From the NCBI GenBank assembly GCA_963700285.1, contig CAVOXA010000010.1, positions 1,920,001 through 1,984,000 of the forward strand: DNA of 64,000 bases. Reading direction: 5' to 3'. The notes under the pieces are model-generated. The model was not told the DNA's origin. It searched no databases and was given only the letters and a program-made list of their open reading frames with translations. The translations under genes were made by a program, and so were the position numbers. The DNA is from an uncultured Chloroflexia bacterium. GTDB taxonomy: Bacteria; Chloroflexota; Anaerolineae; JAAYZQ01. Within the stretch, counting starts at the first letter, position 1, and each line of letters opens with the position of its first letter. This document shows, one piece after another, positions 1 to 9,031 of this stretch.

Positions 1-1134
1 TTCCGAACCGGTATTCTCAACGACAATGGGTGTGGTCGCCCTCTCGTGAGAGACGAGGAGTTCGTCGTAGCCAAAGTTGCCGGTCTCGATCTCGTGGCCA
101 TCGTAGCGACCAAGCCCCCGCCACACCAAGATGTTATAGACGCCCTTGTCCATACTGATGAAACGTTGGCCCGGCTTGACTACCAACCTTTTGCCGCTGA
201 ATTTGGTGGTGTTGTAATAGATCCAGTGCTCCTCGCCACCGTCCTGTACCGACCCTTGGACGGGCTGGGGTGACGTGTGACGATTCTCGTAGAAATAAGG
301 ATCCCCACAGATCTCCCAGTTGATTTGGCCCAGGATGGCCCGCTCACCGTACTTTTCGCGATCTTGCTTGCGCACATCTTTGAAGAGCAGATCTTTGGAA
401 ATGAGCTTGCCCGCGACCAAGGCCTGGAGCATGGCGAAAACGTCGGAATCCTCCTGCAGCTCGAAGGTAAGGGCAGTGCCCGGGGCGTGCAGAACGCCGG
501 AGGGCAGATGAAAGCCCTCGCCAGGCACCAGCAGATAGGCCCTGGAGTGCCTCAGGATGAGATCGTCCTTCCATTCCACCAGATAGGGCAGGAGGATGTC
601 GTACTCCTGCCGTTCAGCGATGTAGGGGTGCACGCCGAAAAAGGTCTCCGGGTGGGGCCCGACTGGCACATCCTCCGGAAAGTAATATGCTTCCTCTTTC
701 GAGTTGGCACCGACCAACGCCGCGTCCTTTTTCATCTGGTGCAGGTGGTACGGGATCCGGGCGCCAAAGTCATAGATCTTGGCCAAGCGTCCTAATCCAA
801 GGTGCGTTCGGGCATACTCTGCGCCCATGATGGCCGGGCCAGCAATCTCGACTGCTTCCTTGAGGGTCATACGCTGACCGTTGCCCAGGCTCACATAGGA
901 CAAGCCCTCGTCGGGAGGGCCGATACGATTGTCAGCCTTGGTGACAGAGCCAATCCAACGCTCACTGATCCAACCCCGCTCCCCGACCTCGTACTCCTCC
1001 TCCTTCAATCCCAGCCGGCGTCCGGGTGGTAAAAAGTCCCTGGCCACCCAGGCTGGTTCGAGCCTGAGGATCCCATTGTTCTTGCCCAGGTTTTCCACAA
1101 CGATCTCTTGCCGCTTAACCCCATCGCTTGCCAT
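1..1134 (-). CDS. Mannose-6-phosphate isomerase-like cupin protein (3' end runs off the window)
   Basis: Not in the ORF track. Hand translation from ATG at 1134: MASDGVKRQEIVVENLGKNNGILRLEPAWVARDF...KIYDFGARIPYHLHQ...SKEEAYYF...GFHLPSGVLHAPGTALTFELQEDSD. The HxH/Q...KEE...H(APG)...ELQEDSD pattern resembles type I PMI. SD GGGGAGGAG upstream. Confidence 0.65.
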   Translation of the reverse strand, partial: MASDGVKRQEIVVENLGKNNGILRLEPAWVARDFLPPGRRLGLKEEEYEVGERGWISERWIGSVTKADNRIGPPDEGLSYVSLGNGQRMTLKEAVEIAGPAIMGAEYARTHLGLGRLAKIYDFGARIPYHLHQMKKDAALVGANSKEEAYYFPEDVPVGPHPETFFGVHPYIAERQEYDILLPYLVEWKDDLILRHSRAYLLVPGEGFHLPSGVLHAPGTALTFELQEDSDVFAMLQALVAGKLISKDLLFKDVRKQDREKYGERAILGQINWEICGDPYFYENRHTSPQPVQGSVQDGGEEHWIYYNTTKFSGKRLVVKPGQRFISMDKGVYNILVWRGLGRYDGHEIETGNFGYDELLVSHERATTPIVVENTGSE

Positions 1135-1214
1135 GAACTCCTCCCCGCTGGATGATGCCAGTCGCGCTGAGAACTGCCATAGTCGCCATTTTACGAACCT
1201 GACATACGCTCCGC

Positions 1215-1243
1215 ATTGTAGCATGGAGCTGGGTGCTTGCCAA
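1215..1243 (-). promoter_or_regulatory. sigma70-type promoter for the cupin gene
   Basis: Minus strand TTGGCA-17bp-TACAAT with extended TGn. Confidence 0.5.
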
Positions 1244-1411
1244 GTCATTGCACCGGACGCGTGGCCACTACCCGCCGGCAGCGGCGATATTGGACTTGTA
1301 CAGTCAGGTCTGTTAAGATCCTGGCTGGGGCCACAGCGGCAGTTGAGCAGCTTGTGGCAATACCGGCATCACCTATGCCATGCAGGCGGGAATTGAGAAA
1401 AGGGTTTCCAC

Positions 1412-1862
1412 ATGGAACTAGCGATATCAGCGCAACACTTGTCACAGATTGCCCGGCACTGCCAAAATGCCTATCCCTACGAAGGCTGCGGCATTTTGCT
1501 CGGCCTGGCCGAGAACGGTTCCAAGACGGTGGTAGATGTGCTGCCTACAGGCAACGCCCGCGAAAAAGCCGACCAACATAACCGCTACCTGATACCGCCC
1601 GAGTCGCTTTTGGAGGGTGAGCTGCAGGCAGAGGAGCGAGGGCTGGAGGTCATTGGTTATTTTCACTCCCCACCCCGATCACCCGGCCCTCCCTTCAGCC
1701 TTCGACCTCGAGCAAGGATGGCCCTGGTACTCTTACCTGATCGTGTCAGTGTACAGCGGCAGGGCTGTCGCCAGCCGCTCATGGCAGTTGCGCGAGGATC
1801 GCAGCAGCTTTGACGAAGAGACTGTTGTCCAGACTGCCCGGGCACTAGCCGACGTGTCGTGA
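1412..1862 (+). CDS. JAMM/MPN+ (M67, Mec-like) metallopeptidase with a +1 frameshift near 1671
   Basis: YPYEGCGILLG...IGYFHS|HPDHPALPSAFD gives the HSHP...S..D JAMM motif once one C is removed from the C-run. Joins ORFs 1412..1813 and 1617..1862; span 451 = 150 codons + 1. Confidence 0.85.
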
Positions 1863-1942
1863 CTACTCTTTTCCTCTGATTCGCAGGCTTCTTGGCGCGC
1901 CAGCGCTCCCATTCGTTTGGGGCCGCCGGCGCGTTGTGCTCC

Positions 1943-1971
1943 TTGTTCTACTAACCGCTTCGTGCTATAAT
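1943..1971 (+). promoter_or_regulatory. sigma70-type promoter
   Basis: TTGTTC-17bp-TATAAT with extended TGn, about 35 bp upstream of the ATG at 2005. Confidence 0.6.
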
Positions 1972-2004
1972 CAGCAGCAGGCACACAAGCACAGGGGGGA
2001 GAGC

Positions 2005-4737
2005 ATGTCTAAGGGAATCACGCTGAAGGTCAATGGCCACAGCCATCATGTCGATGTCGAAGCGGACACACCGTTGATCTATGTCCTGCGCAATGATCTG
2101 AACCTTAAAGGGGCCAAGTTTGGCTGCGGACTGGAGCAATGCGGCGCTTGTATGGTCCTGATCGACGGAGAGGCTGTGCCCTCATGCCGGATACCGGTTC
2201 GGTCCCTTCAAGGCCGTGAGATCACGACGGTGGAGGGGCTGGGAACAAGTACTGATCCACATCCGCTTCAGATAGCATTCATCGAGGAACAGGCCGTGCA
2301 GTGTGGCTTTTGCACACCAGGTATGCTCATCGCCGCCAAGGCGCTGCTCGACCGGAATCCCCAGCCGACCGATGGCGAGATTCGGGCCGAGCTGGCGGCG
2401 AATCTGTGCCGCTGCGGGATCTATGATCGGATCTTCCGAGCGGTCAAACGCGCGACAGGACAGCCTGTGCCATCCCCTCAGTATGAAGTAGAGAGCAGTA
2501 CGGAGCCCGAAATCAAGACGCTGACCGAAACCGCACTGCTGCCCGGTTCTCTCGCGCAAACACCCGAGATTGACTCTTGGGTACGCATCAACACTGACGG
2601 TACCATTACCCTGTTCACCGGCAAAGTCGAGCTGGGCCAGGATATCAGGACTTCCATCGCCATGATCGGGGCCGAGGAGCTGGACGTGTCGCTGGAGCGG
2701 ATCCGCGTTGTCTCTGGGGATACGGCCCAAACCCCCAACGAGGGTTACACGGTCAGCAGCATGTCCCTGGAGACTTCGGGAAACGCCGTCCGCGCTGCGG
2801 CCGCCGAGGTCAGGCAGATCGCGCTCTCGGTGGCACACGAAGAACTGGAGGTACCTATCGAGCGCCTCAAGGTGGTCGACGGAACGATCACGGATCTGGA
2901 GACCGGACATCGCGTCACCTATTGGGATCTTTTCGGCGGAAAAAGGTTTGGCTCCAGAGTGGCTGGGGCAGGCCAACCAAAGAAACCAGAGGCGTACAGG
3001 ATTGTGGGGCATCCTGCAGAGCGCCTGGATCTGCTGGCAAAGGTGATGGGTAGCGCTTGTTTTGTGCAGGACTTGGCAATGCCAGGCATGGTCCACGGCC
3101 GCGTGGTCCGTCCTCCTACCTATGGCGCTAGGCTGTTCGCTGCGGATGAGGCGGCGGTAGGGCGAATGGCAGGCGTCATCCAGGTTGTGCGAGACGGTAG
3201 CTTTTTGGCCGTTGTCGCCGAGCGCGAGGAGCAGGTTGTCCAGGCGGCCGAGACCCTCGGCAGGACGGCCACCTGGGAGGGCGGACGCGTCCTACCGGCC
3301 CGAGAGGCCTTTGCCGATCACCTGTTGAGCCAGCCTGACCAAGCCTTTCTTGTCGTCGACGGCAGACCAGTTGACGGTCCAGTACCGCCCATTGAAACGC
3401 CGCCAGAAGCAACGCAAACCCTGGCCACCACCTACTACCGGCCCTTCCACATGCACGCCTCACTGGGCCCATCGGCAGCTGTGGCCCAGTTGGTCGATGG
3501 ACGACTCACGGTCTGGACACACAGTCAGGGAGTCTATCCACTGCGGGCAGCGCTGGCCCAGGTTCTGGGGATGTCCGAGGACGAGATCCGTACCATCCAC
3601 GCGGATGGGCCGGGCTGTTTTGGCCACAATGGTGCGGATGATGCGGCCCTCGATGCGGCGCTGCTGGCCCGCGCGGTACCGGGACGGCCGGTATCGCTGA
3701 AATGGACGCGTTCCGACGAGCATCAGTGGGAGCCCTATGGCGCGGCAACGGCGATCAGAATGCAAGCCAGCCTGAATGCTGGGGGAGAGGTCGTCGACTG
3801 GAACCACGACGTCTGGGGCTATACTCAGACAGGCCGCGCCGTACCGGCCGGAGATACATCTGGATTGCTGGCAGCCTGGCACCTGGCAGAACCGTTCGCC
3901 CGACCCCGGGCACAGCCCCGGATGCTGCCCGAGATGGGTATTCACCGCAACGCGGACCCGCTGTACACTTTTCCCCGGCGGCGCATCGTCAAACATTTCC
4001 TGCCGGACAGCCCACTGCGCGTGTCAGCTTTGAGAGGACTGGGGTCCTATGCCAACGTTTTTGCCATCGAATCCTTCATGGACGAGTTGGCACACGCTGC
4101 GGGGATTGACCCGGTTGAGTTTCGCCTGCGCTACCTGGCCGATGAACGGGCCCGGGCCGTCATCAAGGCCGCAGCCAAGGCAGCCGGACCGCTGGTCGGA
4201 GGGCTGGGACGCGGCCTTGGCTTTGCCCGCTACAAGAACCGCCAGAGCTATGTGGCAGTGACCGTAGATCTGAGCGTGAATCACGACAGCGGTCACATCC
4301 GTCTGGAGCATGCGGTCATTGCCGTCGATGCTGGGCAGATTGTCAACCCGGATGGTTTGAGCAACCAGATCGAGGGCGCTTTTACCCAGTCTGCAAGCTG
4401 GACGCTGAAGGAGCAGGTCACCTTTGACCAAGACGGCATCACCAGCGTTGACTGGCGCAGTTATCCGATCTTGCGTTTCCGTGAAGCACCCGAGATCGAG
4501 ACTGTGCTGGTCAATCGCCCCGGCCAGCCCTATCTGGGGGTTGGCGAGGGCGCGCAGGGGCCTGTCCCCGCAGCCATTGCCAACGCGGTTTTTGACGCTG
4601 CCGGTATCCGCCTGTGCCAAATTCCCTTCACACCGGAACGAGTCAAGGCGGCATTGAGGGAGAACAGCCGCGAAAACTCGCAAGATACAACGAGCCATCC
4701 TTTTGACCAAGACATCGCTCAATTTGACATCATCTGA
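2005..4737 (+). CDS. Xanthine-oxidase-family molybdoenzyme with a 2Fe-2S subunit fused to the molybdopterin subunit (nicotinate dehydrogenase / isoquinoline oxidoreductase-like)
   Basis: GCGLEQCGAC, QCGFC and NLCRC Fe-S motifs; GKVELGQ, GCFGHNGADD, LRGLG and GVGEGAQGP in the Mo domain. Confidence 0.88.
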   Translation: MSKGITLKVNGHSHHVDVEADTPLIYVLRNDLNLKGAKFGCGLEQCGACMVLIDGEAVPSCRIPVRSLQGREITTVEGLGTSTDPHPLQIAFIEEQAVQCGFCTPGMLIAAKALLDRNPQPTDGEIRAELAANLCRCGIYDRIFRAVKRATGQPVPSPQYEVESSTEPEIKTLTETALLPGSLAQTPEIDSWVRINTDGTITLFTGKVELGQDIRTSIAMIGAEELDVSLERIRVVSGDTAQTPNEGYTVSSMSLETSGNAVRAAAAEVRQIALSVAHEELEVPIERLKVVDGTITDLETGHRVTYWDLFGGKRFGSRVAGAGQPKKPEAYRIVGHPAERLDLLAKVMGSACFVQDLAMPGMVHGRVVRPPTYGARLFAADEAAVGRMAGVIQVVRDGSFLAVVAEREEQVVQAAETLGRTATWEGGRVLPAREAFADHLLSQPDQAFLVVDGRPVDGPVPPIETPPEATQTLATTYYRPFHMHASLGPSAAVAQLVDGRLTVWTHSQGVYPLRAALAQVLGMSEDEIRTIHADGPGCFGHNGADDAALDAALLARAVPGRPVSLKWTRSDEHQWEPYGAATAIRMQASLNAGGEVVDWNHDVWGYTQTGRAVPAGDTSGLLAAWHLAEPFARPRAQPRMLPEMGIHRNADPLYTFPRRRIVKHFLPDSPLRVSALRGLGSYANVFAIESFMDELAHAAGIDPVEFRLRYLADERARAVIKAAAKAAGPLVGGLGRGLGFARYKNRQSYVAVTVDLSVNHDSGHIRLEHAVIAVDAGQIVNPDGLSNQIEGAFTQSASWTLKEQVTFDQDGITSVDWRSYPILRFREAPEIETVLVNRPGQPYLGVGEGAQGPVPAAIANAVFDAAGIRLCQIPFTPERVKAALRENSRENSQDTTSHPFDQDIAQFDII

Positions 4738-4752
4738 GAAGGGTGGTATAAT
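4724..4752 (+). promoter_or_regulatory. Consensus sigma70 promoter of csp
   Basis: TTGACA(4724-4729)-17bp-TATAAT(4747-4752) with TGn extension. Confidence 0.85.
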
Positions 4753-4885
4753 GTGGCCGTAGGATGAAGTAAGAATCTGGTTCGGCCACCGCAAGATGAG
4801 CACCCAGGCTTACACGTCTGGGTGCTTTTTCCTAGATGACGGCCAGCGGTACCTTCCTCCTAACAATATCGATGAAAGGTGAGAA

Positions 4886-5101
4886 ATGTCTGACAGAGAA
4901 ACTGGAACCGTCAAGTGGTTCAATGGAAGCAAGGGCTATGGATTCATTGAGCGCGAGGGAGGACCTGACGTGTTCGTCCACTTTTCCGCGATCCGGGGTG
5001 AGGGATTCCGGAACTTGGAAGAGGGGCAGAAGGTCGAGTTCAACGTCGAGCAGGGTCAGAAGGGGCCGCAAGCGACCGACGTGGTTGCGATAGGCTGGTA
5101 A
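4886..5101 (+). CDS. csp: Cold-shock protein
   Basis: GTVKWFN..KGYGFI...DVFVHFSAI (RNP1/RNP2 motifs). Confidence 0.97.
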   Translation: MSDRETGTVKWFNGSKGYGFIEREGGPDVFVHFSAIRGEGFRNLEEGQKVEFNVEQGQKGPQATDVVAIGW

Positions 5102-5224
5102 CCAAGTGGCATGAGCCAAATTCTATGTCGGTAGCCTGAGTTCTGATACCACTGCCGACATGCTGCAAACTTTGTTTGCCTAGTATGGCGAGGCGGATAG
5201 CCTCACCCACAGTGTAGTGCTGTG

Positions 5225-5261
5225 AAGCGCGGACCAAAGAAGAACTGGTCCGCGCTTTTTT
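5225..5261 (+). terminator. Rho-independent terminator after csp
   Basis: 12-bp stem AAGCGCGGACCA / TGGTCCGCGCTT followed by a T-run. Confidence 0.85.
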
Positions 5262-5307
5262 CATGTAACAGCGTGCTACGCACGAGCCATTCGTGAAGGA
5301 GCCACAC

Positions 5308-6078
5308 ATGAACGACACCATTGAGGTAATTCTGAACCGCAGGTCGGTAAGAGCCTACGAAGACAAGCCAATCGACAGCGAGACGGCCAACCTAATCGTG
5401 CACTCTGCGATGCGTGCTCCAACAGCGGGGGGCATGATGCTGTATTCTATCATTGAGATTGAGGATCAGAACCTGAAGGAGAAACTCGCGATATCCTGCG
5501 ACAACCAGCCCTTTATTGCCAAGGCGCCGCTGGTCCTGCTCTTTCTTGCGGATTACCAACGGTGGTTTGACTTTTTCATCGCATCGGATGTGGAGCCATA
5601 TTGCGAGGCCGAGGGCAAGAAGCTTCGCTTTCCAGGTGAAGGTGACCTTCTCCTGGCATGTTGCGATGCTTTGATTGCAGCTCAGACAGCCGTGATCGCT
5701 GCAGAATCGCTGGGCATTGGCTCCTGCTACATTGGCGATATCATGGAGAACTATGAATACCACCAGGAGCTATTAGACCTGCCGCAGTACGCTTTTCCGA
5801 TCGCACTTCTCTGCTTCGGCTACCCAAAAGCATCGGCCTTGGCAAGAAATTTGGTTCCAAGATACCCCCGGGAGTATATCTGTTTCAAGGATAAATACGA
5901 AAGACTGGACGAGGCAACACTGGCCCGGATGTTCAAGTCCGACGAGCTCCACCGGTACTCCGGCGCCAGCAACCTTGGGCAGCACGTCTATGCCCGGAAA
6001 TTCGCGTCAGATTTTGCTGTTGAGTTGACACGATCAGTCGGAGAAGCCATAAGGACTTGGAAGGGAAAGCAAAGCTAG
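5308..6078 (+). CDS. Nitroreductase family protein (NfsA/Frp-like)
   Basis: RRSVRAY, RAPTAG, AESLGIGSCYIG. Confidence 0.9.
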   Translation: MNDTIEVILNRRSVRAYEDKPIDSETANLIVHSAMRAPTAGGMMLYSIIEIEDQNLKEKLAISCDNQPFIAKAPLVLLFLADYQRWFDFFIASDVEPYCEAEGKKLRFPGEGDLLLACCDALIAAQTAVIAAESLGIGSCYIGDIMENYEYHQELLDLPQYAFPIALLCFGYPKASALARNLVPRYPREYICFKDKYERLDEATLARMFKSDELHRYSGASNLGQHVYARKFASDFAVELTRSVGEAIRTWKGKQS

Positions 6079-6089
6079 CAGCCCGGCAT

Positions 6090-7025
6090 TTATGCAAGGA
6101 ACTGAGACACCCTTGAGGCCCGGCCGCGGTAGCCATCGATGAATCCCACCCACGCCGGGTTGATGAGAGCCGGCTCACTATGCACAAGATCCCGGACTGC
6201 TGTCAAGGCCAACTTGACCAGCAGGTAGCCCAGGGTGAGAGCGCGTGAGAAGCCGTGGGGATGCGCTTGATAGAAGTGCGCCCGTCCCCAGAATTCCGCG
6301 TATCGGGTACCCGGCTTGGATTTGCGGGCGCTCAGTGACACCTTGTGCCACATCTTGGCTTGCGGCGCGCACCAGATCCCAAAGCCAGCCAGCCGCGCCC
6401 GGCGGCAGAAATCAGCGTCCTCGAAATAGAAAAAGTAGCGGGTATCGAGCAGCCCAATCGCCTCAAAGACATCTCGCCGGACCAACATCCCGCAGGCAGT
6501 CACATAGTCAGCAGAGAAGGGAGCGCCGGCTGCTTCAACAATCGCATGGTCTGGCAGCTTCAAGGGGACAGGCAGACCGCGAACCTCTCGGTCGCCAAAA
6601 CGCCAAACCTGTTCTGGCCGATCATGGTAGTAGATGATAGGCCCTACGATGCCAGCGTTGAGGGAATGGTCAGCTGCCAGAACTAGTTGCTCAATCATGT
6701 CTGGGTCAACGATGGTATCGTTGTTCAGAAGCAGAACCGACTGGGCTCTTTTGCTTATGGCCCTTTCAATGCCAACGTTGACCCCGCCTGCAAAGCCCAG
6801 ATTCTCCCCAGTGGCAAGGACCGTGACCTCACTGCCCAGGCGATCCTGGAACAGCGCTAGAGAATCATCTGTAGAGCCATTGTCCACAATGACGATCTCG
6901 ACGCCGTTGGGAGCGCCGGCCTGGACCGATTCAACGCAGTCTATCGTGTCCCAGGGCAGGTTCCAGTTAAGGATTACTACGTGCATTGGGTAGAGGGCCT
7001 GGGGATCGTGCTCGCGACGGTTCAT
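6090..7025 (-). CDS. Glycosyltransferase family 2
   Basis: VVILNWN, VDNGSTD, NLGFAGG.N, LLNND, YFEDADFC. Confidence 0.92.
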   Translation of the reverse strand: MNRREHDPQALYPMHVVILNWNLPWDTIDCVESVQAGAPNGVEIVIVDNGSTDDSLALFQDRLGSEVTVLATGENLGFAGGVNVGIERAISKRAQSVLLLNNDTIVDPDMIEQLVLAADHSLNAGIVGPIIYYHDRPEQVWRFGDREVRGLPVPLKLPDHAIVEAAGAPFSADYVTACGMLVRRDVFEAIGLLDTRYFFYFEDADFCRRARLAGFGIWCAPQAKMWHKVSLSARKSKPGTRYAEFWGRAHFYQAHPHGFSRALTLGYLLVKLALTAVRDLVHSEPALINPAWVGFIDGYRGRASRVSQFLA

Positions 7026-7447
7026 AGCACCCTCCTCCCCATACCCAGGCGCCGTTCAGATGCAAGAGTGTGCACGGAAGACTCTTTGTCAGCATGGGAT
7101 GCCTCTGAACTCATGGGACTGGCTCCTATCAATACTGATGAGAACTGTACCAAGCATAGCACAGTACCGTTGCTGGGTCAAACCCTCAGCGATCGCCTAG
7201 ACCACAGTCCCAGTATTATGACTCCAAGGGGGAGCATCTTGGCGTATTTGTGCCATTGTCCGCCGCTCAGTTTCTTGAAAAGGAGGGCCAAGAGTCATCA
7301 TTGGAGGATGACGATTGGTTCACCACCTACCAAGTGCAGCCGGCGGGCAGGTGACAAAGGGCATAAACAGCGCAGCGCCGAGCGCTCACTTGTGGTTAGA
7401 GAGAATGCCTGCCAAAACACAAATTGCTATTCTCTCCAGCATCCTTG

Positions 7448-7801
7448 TCATCTCGCAACCAGTCCCGAGTCGATGAGCCGGTAGAGCCCCATGGCCAATA
7501 GCCATACCGAATAACCCACAGCCAGTACCAGCCACAGCGACCATCCTTGCCGAAACCCGAACCAGCAGGCCACAACAAACAAGGCCGTCGGAATGAGGCC
7601 GAACAGCAGCATCCGGGCAAAGTCGGCGGTCACGTTGGTATCGCCACTGGCGCCCGTATGGATGAACCACATCGCCAGCGTCATACTCAAGGGCAGGACT
7701 GCCAGGACAGAGGCCAGGACGCGAGATCTGTCGCTGGCAATGGCTATGGCTGTGATAATGGCGAGCGAAATCAAGAGCTGATAAACGCGTTGTGTACTCA
7801 T
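7448..7801 (-). CDS. Small membrane protein (DUF3147-like)
   Basis: Four hydrophobic segments; LAVLPLS motif. Confidence 0.6.
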   Translation of the reverse strand: MSTQRVYQLLISLAIITAIAIASDRSRVLASVLAVLPLSMTLAMWFIHTGASGDTNVTADFARMLLFGLIPTALFVVACWFGFRQGWSLWLVLAVGYSVWLLAMGLYRLIDSGLVAR

Positions 7802-7909
7802 GCTCCAGGTAGAAAACTACAGCCCCACCAGGGGCTGTAGCATTGTGCGCCGAAGGTTCATGTTATATGGCAGGCAGCGACAGGTATCCCAGCTAGCCGC
7901 CAGTAGCGC

Positions 7910-9007
7910 TCACAAGATCTCCAGAATCGCGGGCCGGCTGTGGGTCCGTCCCTCCGCCTCAACTTCCAACATCGGCCAGCCCTCGATCTCTGTGATGACT
8001 CTATAGCCAGCCTCGCCGACCAGAATCGTATCCTCCGACTTTGTGCCCGTGATCGATGGATTCCAGGCATAGGCCTGCCCGGCAAACACAAGGTCGGTCG
8101 AGCCGGGTGTGGCCACATACTCACGCGGCTCGTAAGCGGCTGGACCGCCCTGGTGATGCAACTGCCATTCATCCGGGAAGCCGGCCGCGGCGTAGGCCAC
8201 CATCGCCTCCTGAAAGACCTCGCCCAGGCTCCGCCCTGGACGGGAGGCGGCAAGGAATACAGCATCTATTTGGGCCACGGCCTCTGCCTTGCGCCTTAGC
8301 TCATCGGGTAGAGGGCCAAAGTGTACCAGCCGCGTCACCGAGGCCACCAGCCCCCACTGCCGCGCGCAGAGCACCAGCATGGCATAGCGCTCTAACTCCT
8401 TACCGGTGGGCAAGGGGTGCCGGTAATTGTAGATACGCTGGTCGGTGGCGATGAGGTTCACTGTCACCTGCACTCCGTGCTTTTCGCCCTCGCAGGCCAG
8501 TAGGCTGGCGATCTCATATTCGGTCTGGCCGGGGCATATAACCCGCACCGCGCTGTCCATGGCCTCAGCGCAGAGCCGGCCCACTGTGCGAAAGCGATCG
8601 CCTTCCTCCGCGGTCAAGTTGGCTCGCAATCGGGCCAGTTCGTCCGAGAGATCCGTAGCACCAGCGTAGGGCCCATCAGCACCCAATCTGAGCCCCTGGG
8701 TCCGTTGGGCCACTGCCGCCTGCGGCTCGTACCAGGGCCCGACACATAGCTCCCATCCCTGGGCTGCCAGGCCCTCTTCTTGCTCCAACCGCGGCGCCTC
8801 GATGTTGTTGGTGATCACATACCTGCCGGCAGGCGTGATAAGCAGCGATGCCTCGCCGGTGCTCGAAGCCGTGTGCACGTAGGATGCCCGGCCACAGGTG
8901 GCCCAGGCGAAGCTGCTTACCCGCTGCAAGAGCAGGGCATCAAGGCCGCGCTCTGCCAGCAAGGCCTGGATGCGTTCTTGTTTTCCCTCGAATTCAGTCA
9001 TGGGCAT
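7910..9007 (-). CDS. M24 / creatinase-like pita-bread-fold hydrolase
   Basis: PGQTEYEIA, YRHPLP, HHQGG, WNPSITGTKSEDT. Confidence 0.8.
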   Translation of the reverse strand: MPMTEFEGKQERIQALLAERGLDALLLQRVSSFAWATCGRASYVHTASSTGEASLLITPAGRYVITNNIEAPRLEQEEGLAAQGWELCVGPWYEPQAAVAQRTQGLRLGADGPYAGATDLSDELARLRANLTAEEGDRFRTVGRLCAEAMDSAVRVICPGQTEYEIASLLACEGEKHGVQVTVNLIATDQRIYNYRHPLPTGKELERYAMLVLCARQWGLVASVTRLVHFGPLPDELRRKAEAVAQIDAVFLAASRPGRSLGEVFQEAMVAYAAAGFPDEWQLHHQGGPAAYEPREYVATPGSTDLVFAGQAYAWNPSITGTKSEDTILVGEAGYRVITEIEGWPMLEVEAEGRTHSRPAILEIL

Positions 9008-9031
9008 ACTCCTTGCGCCGGGCCCACACGC

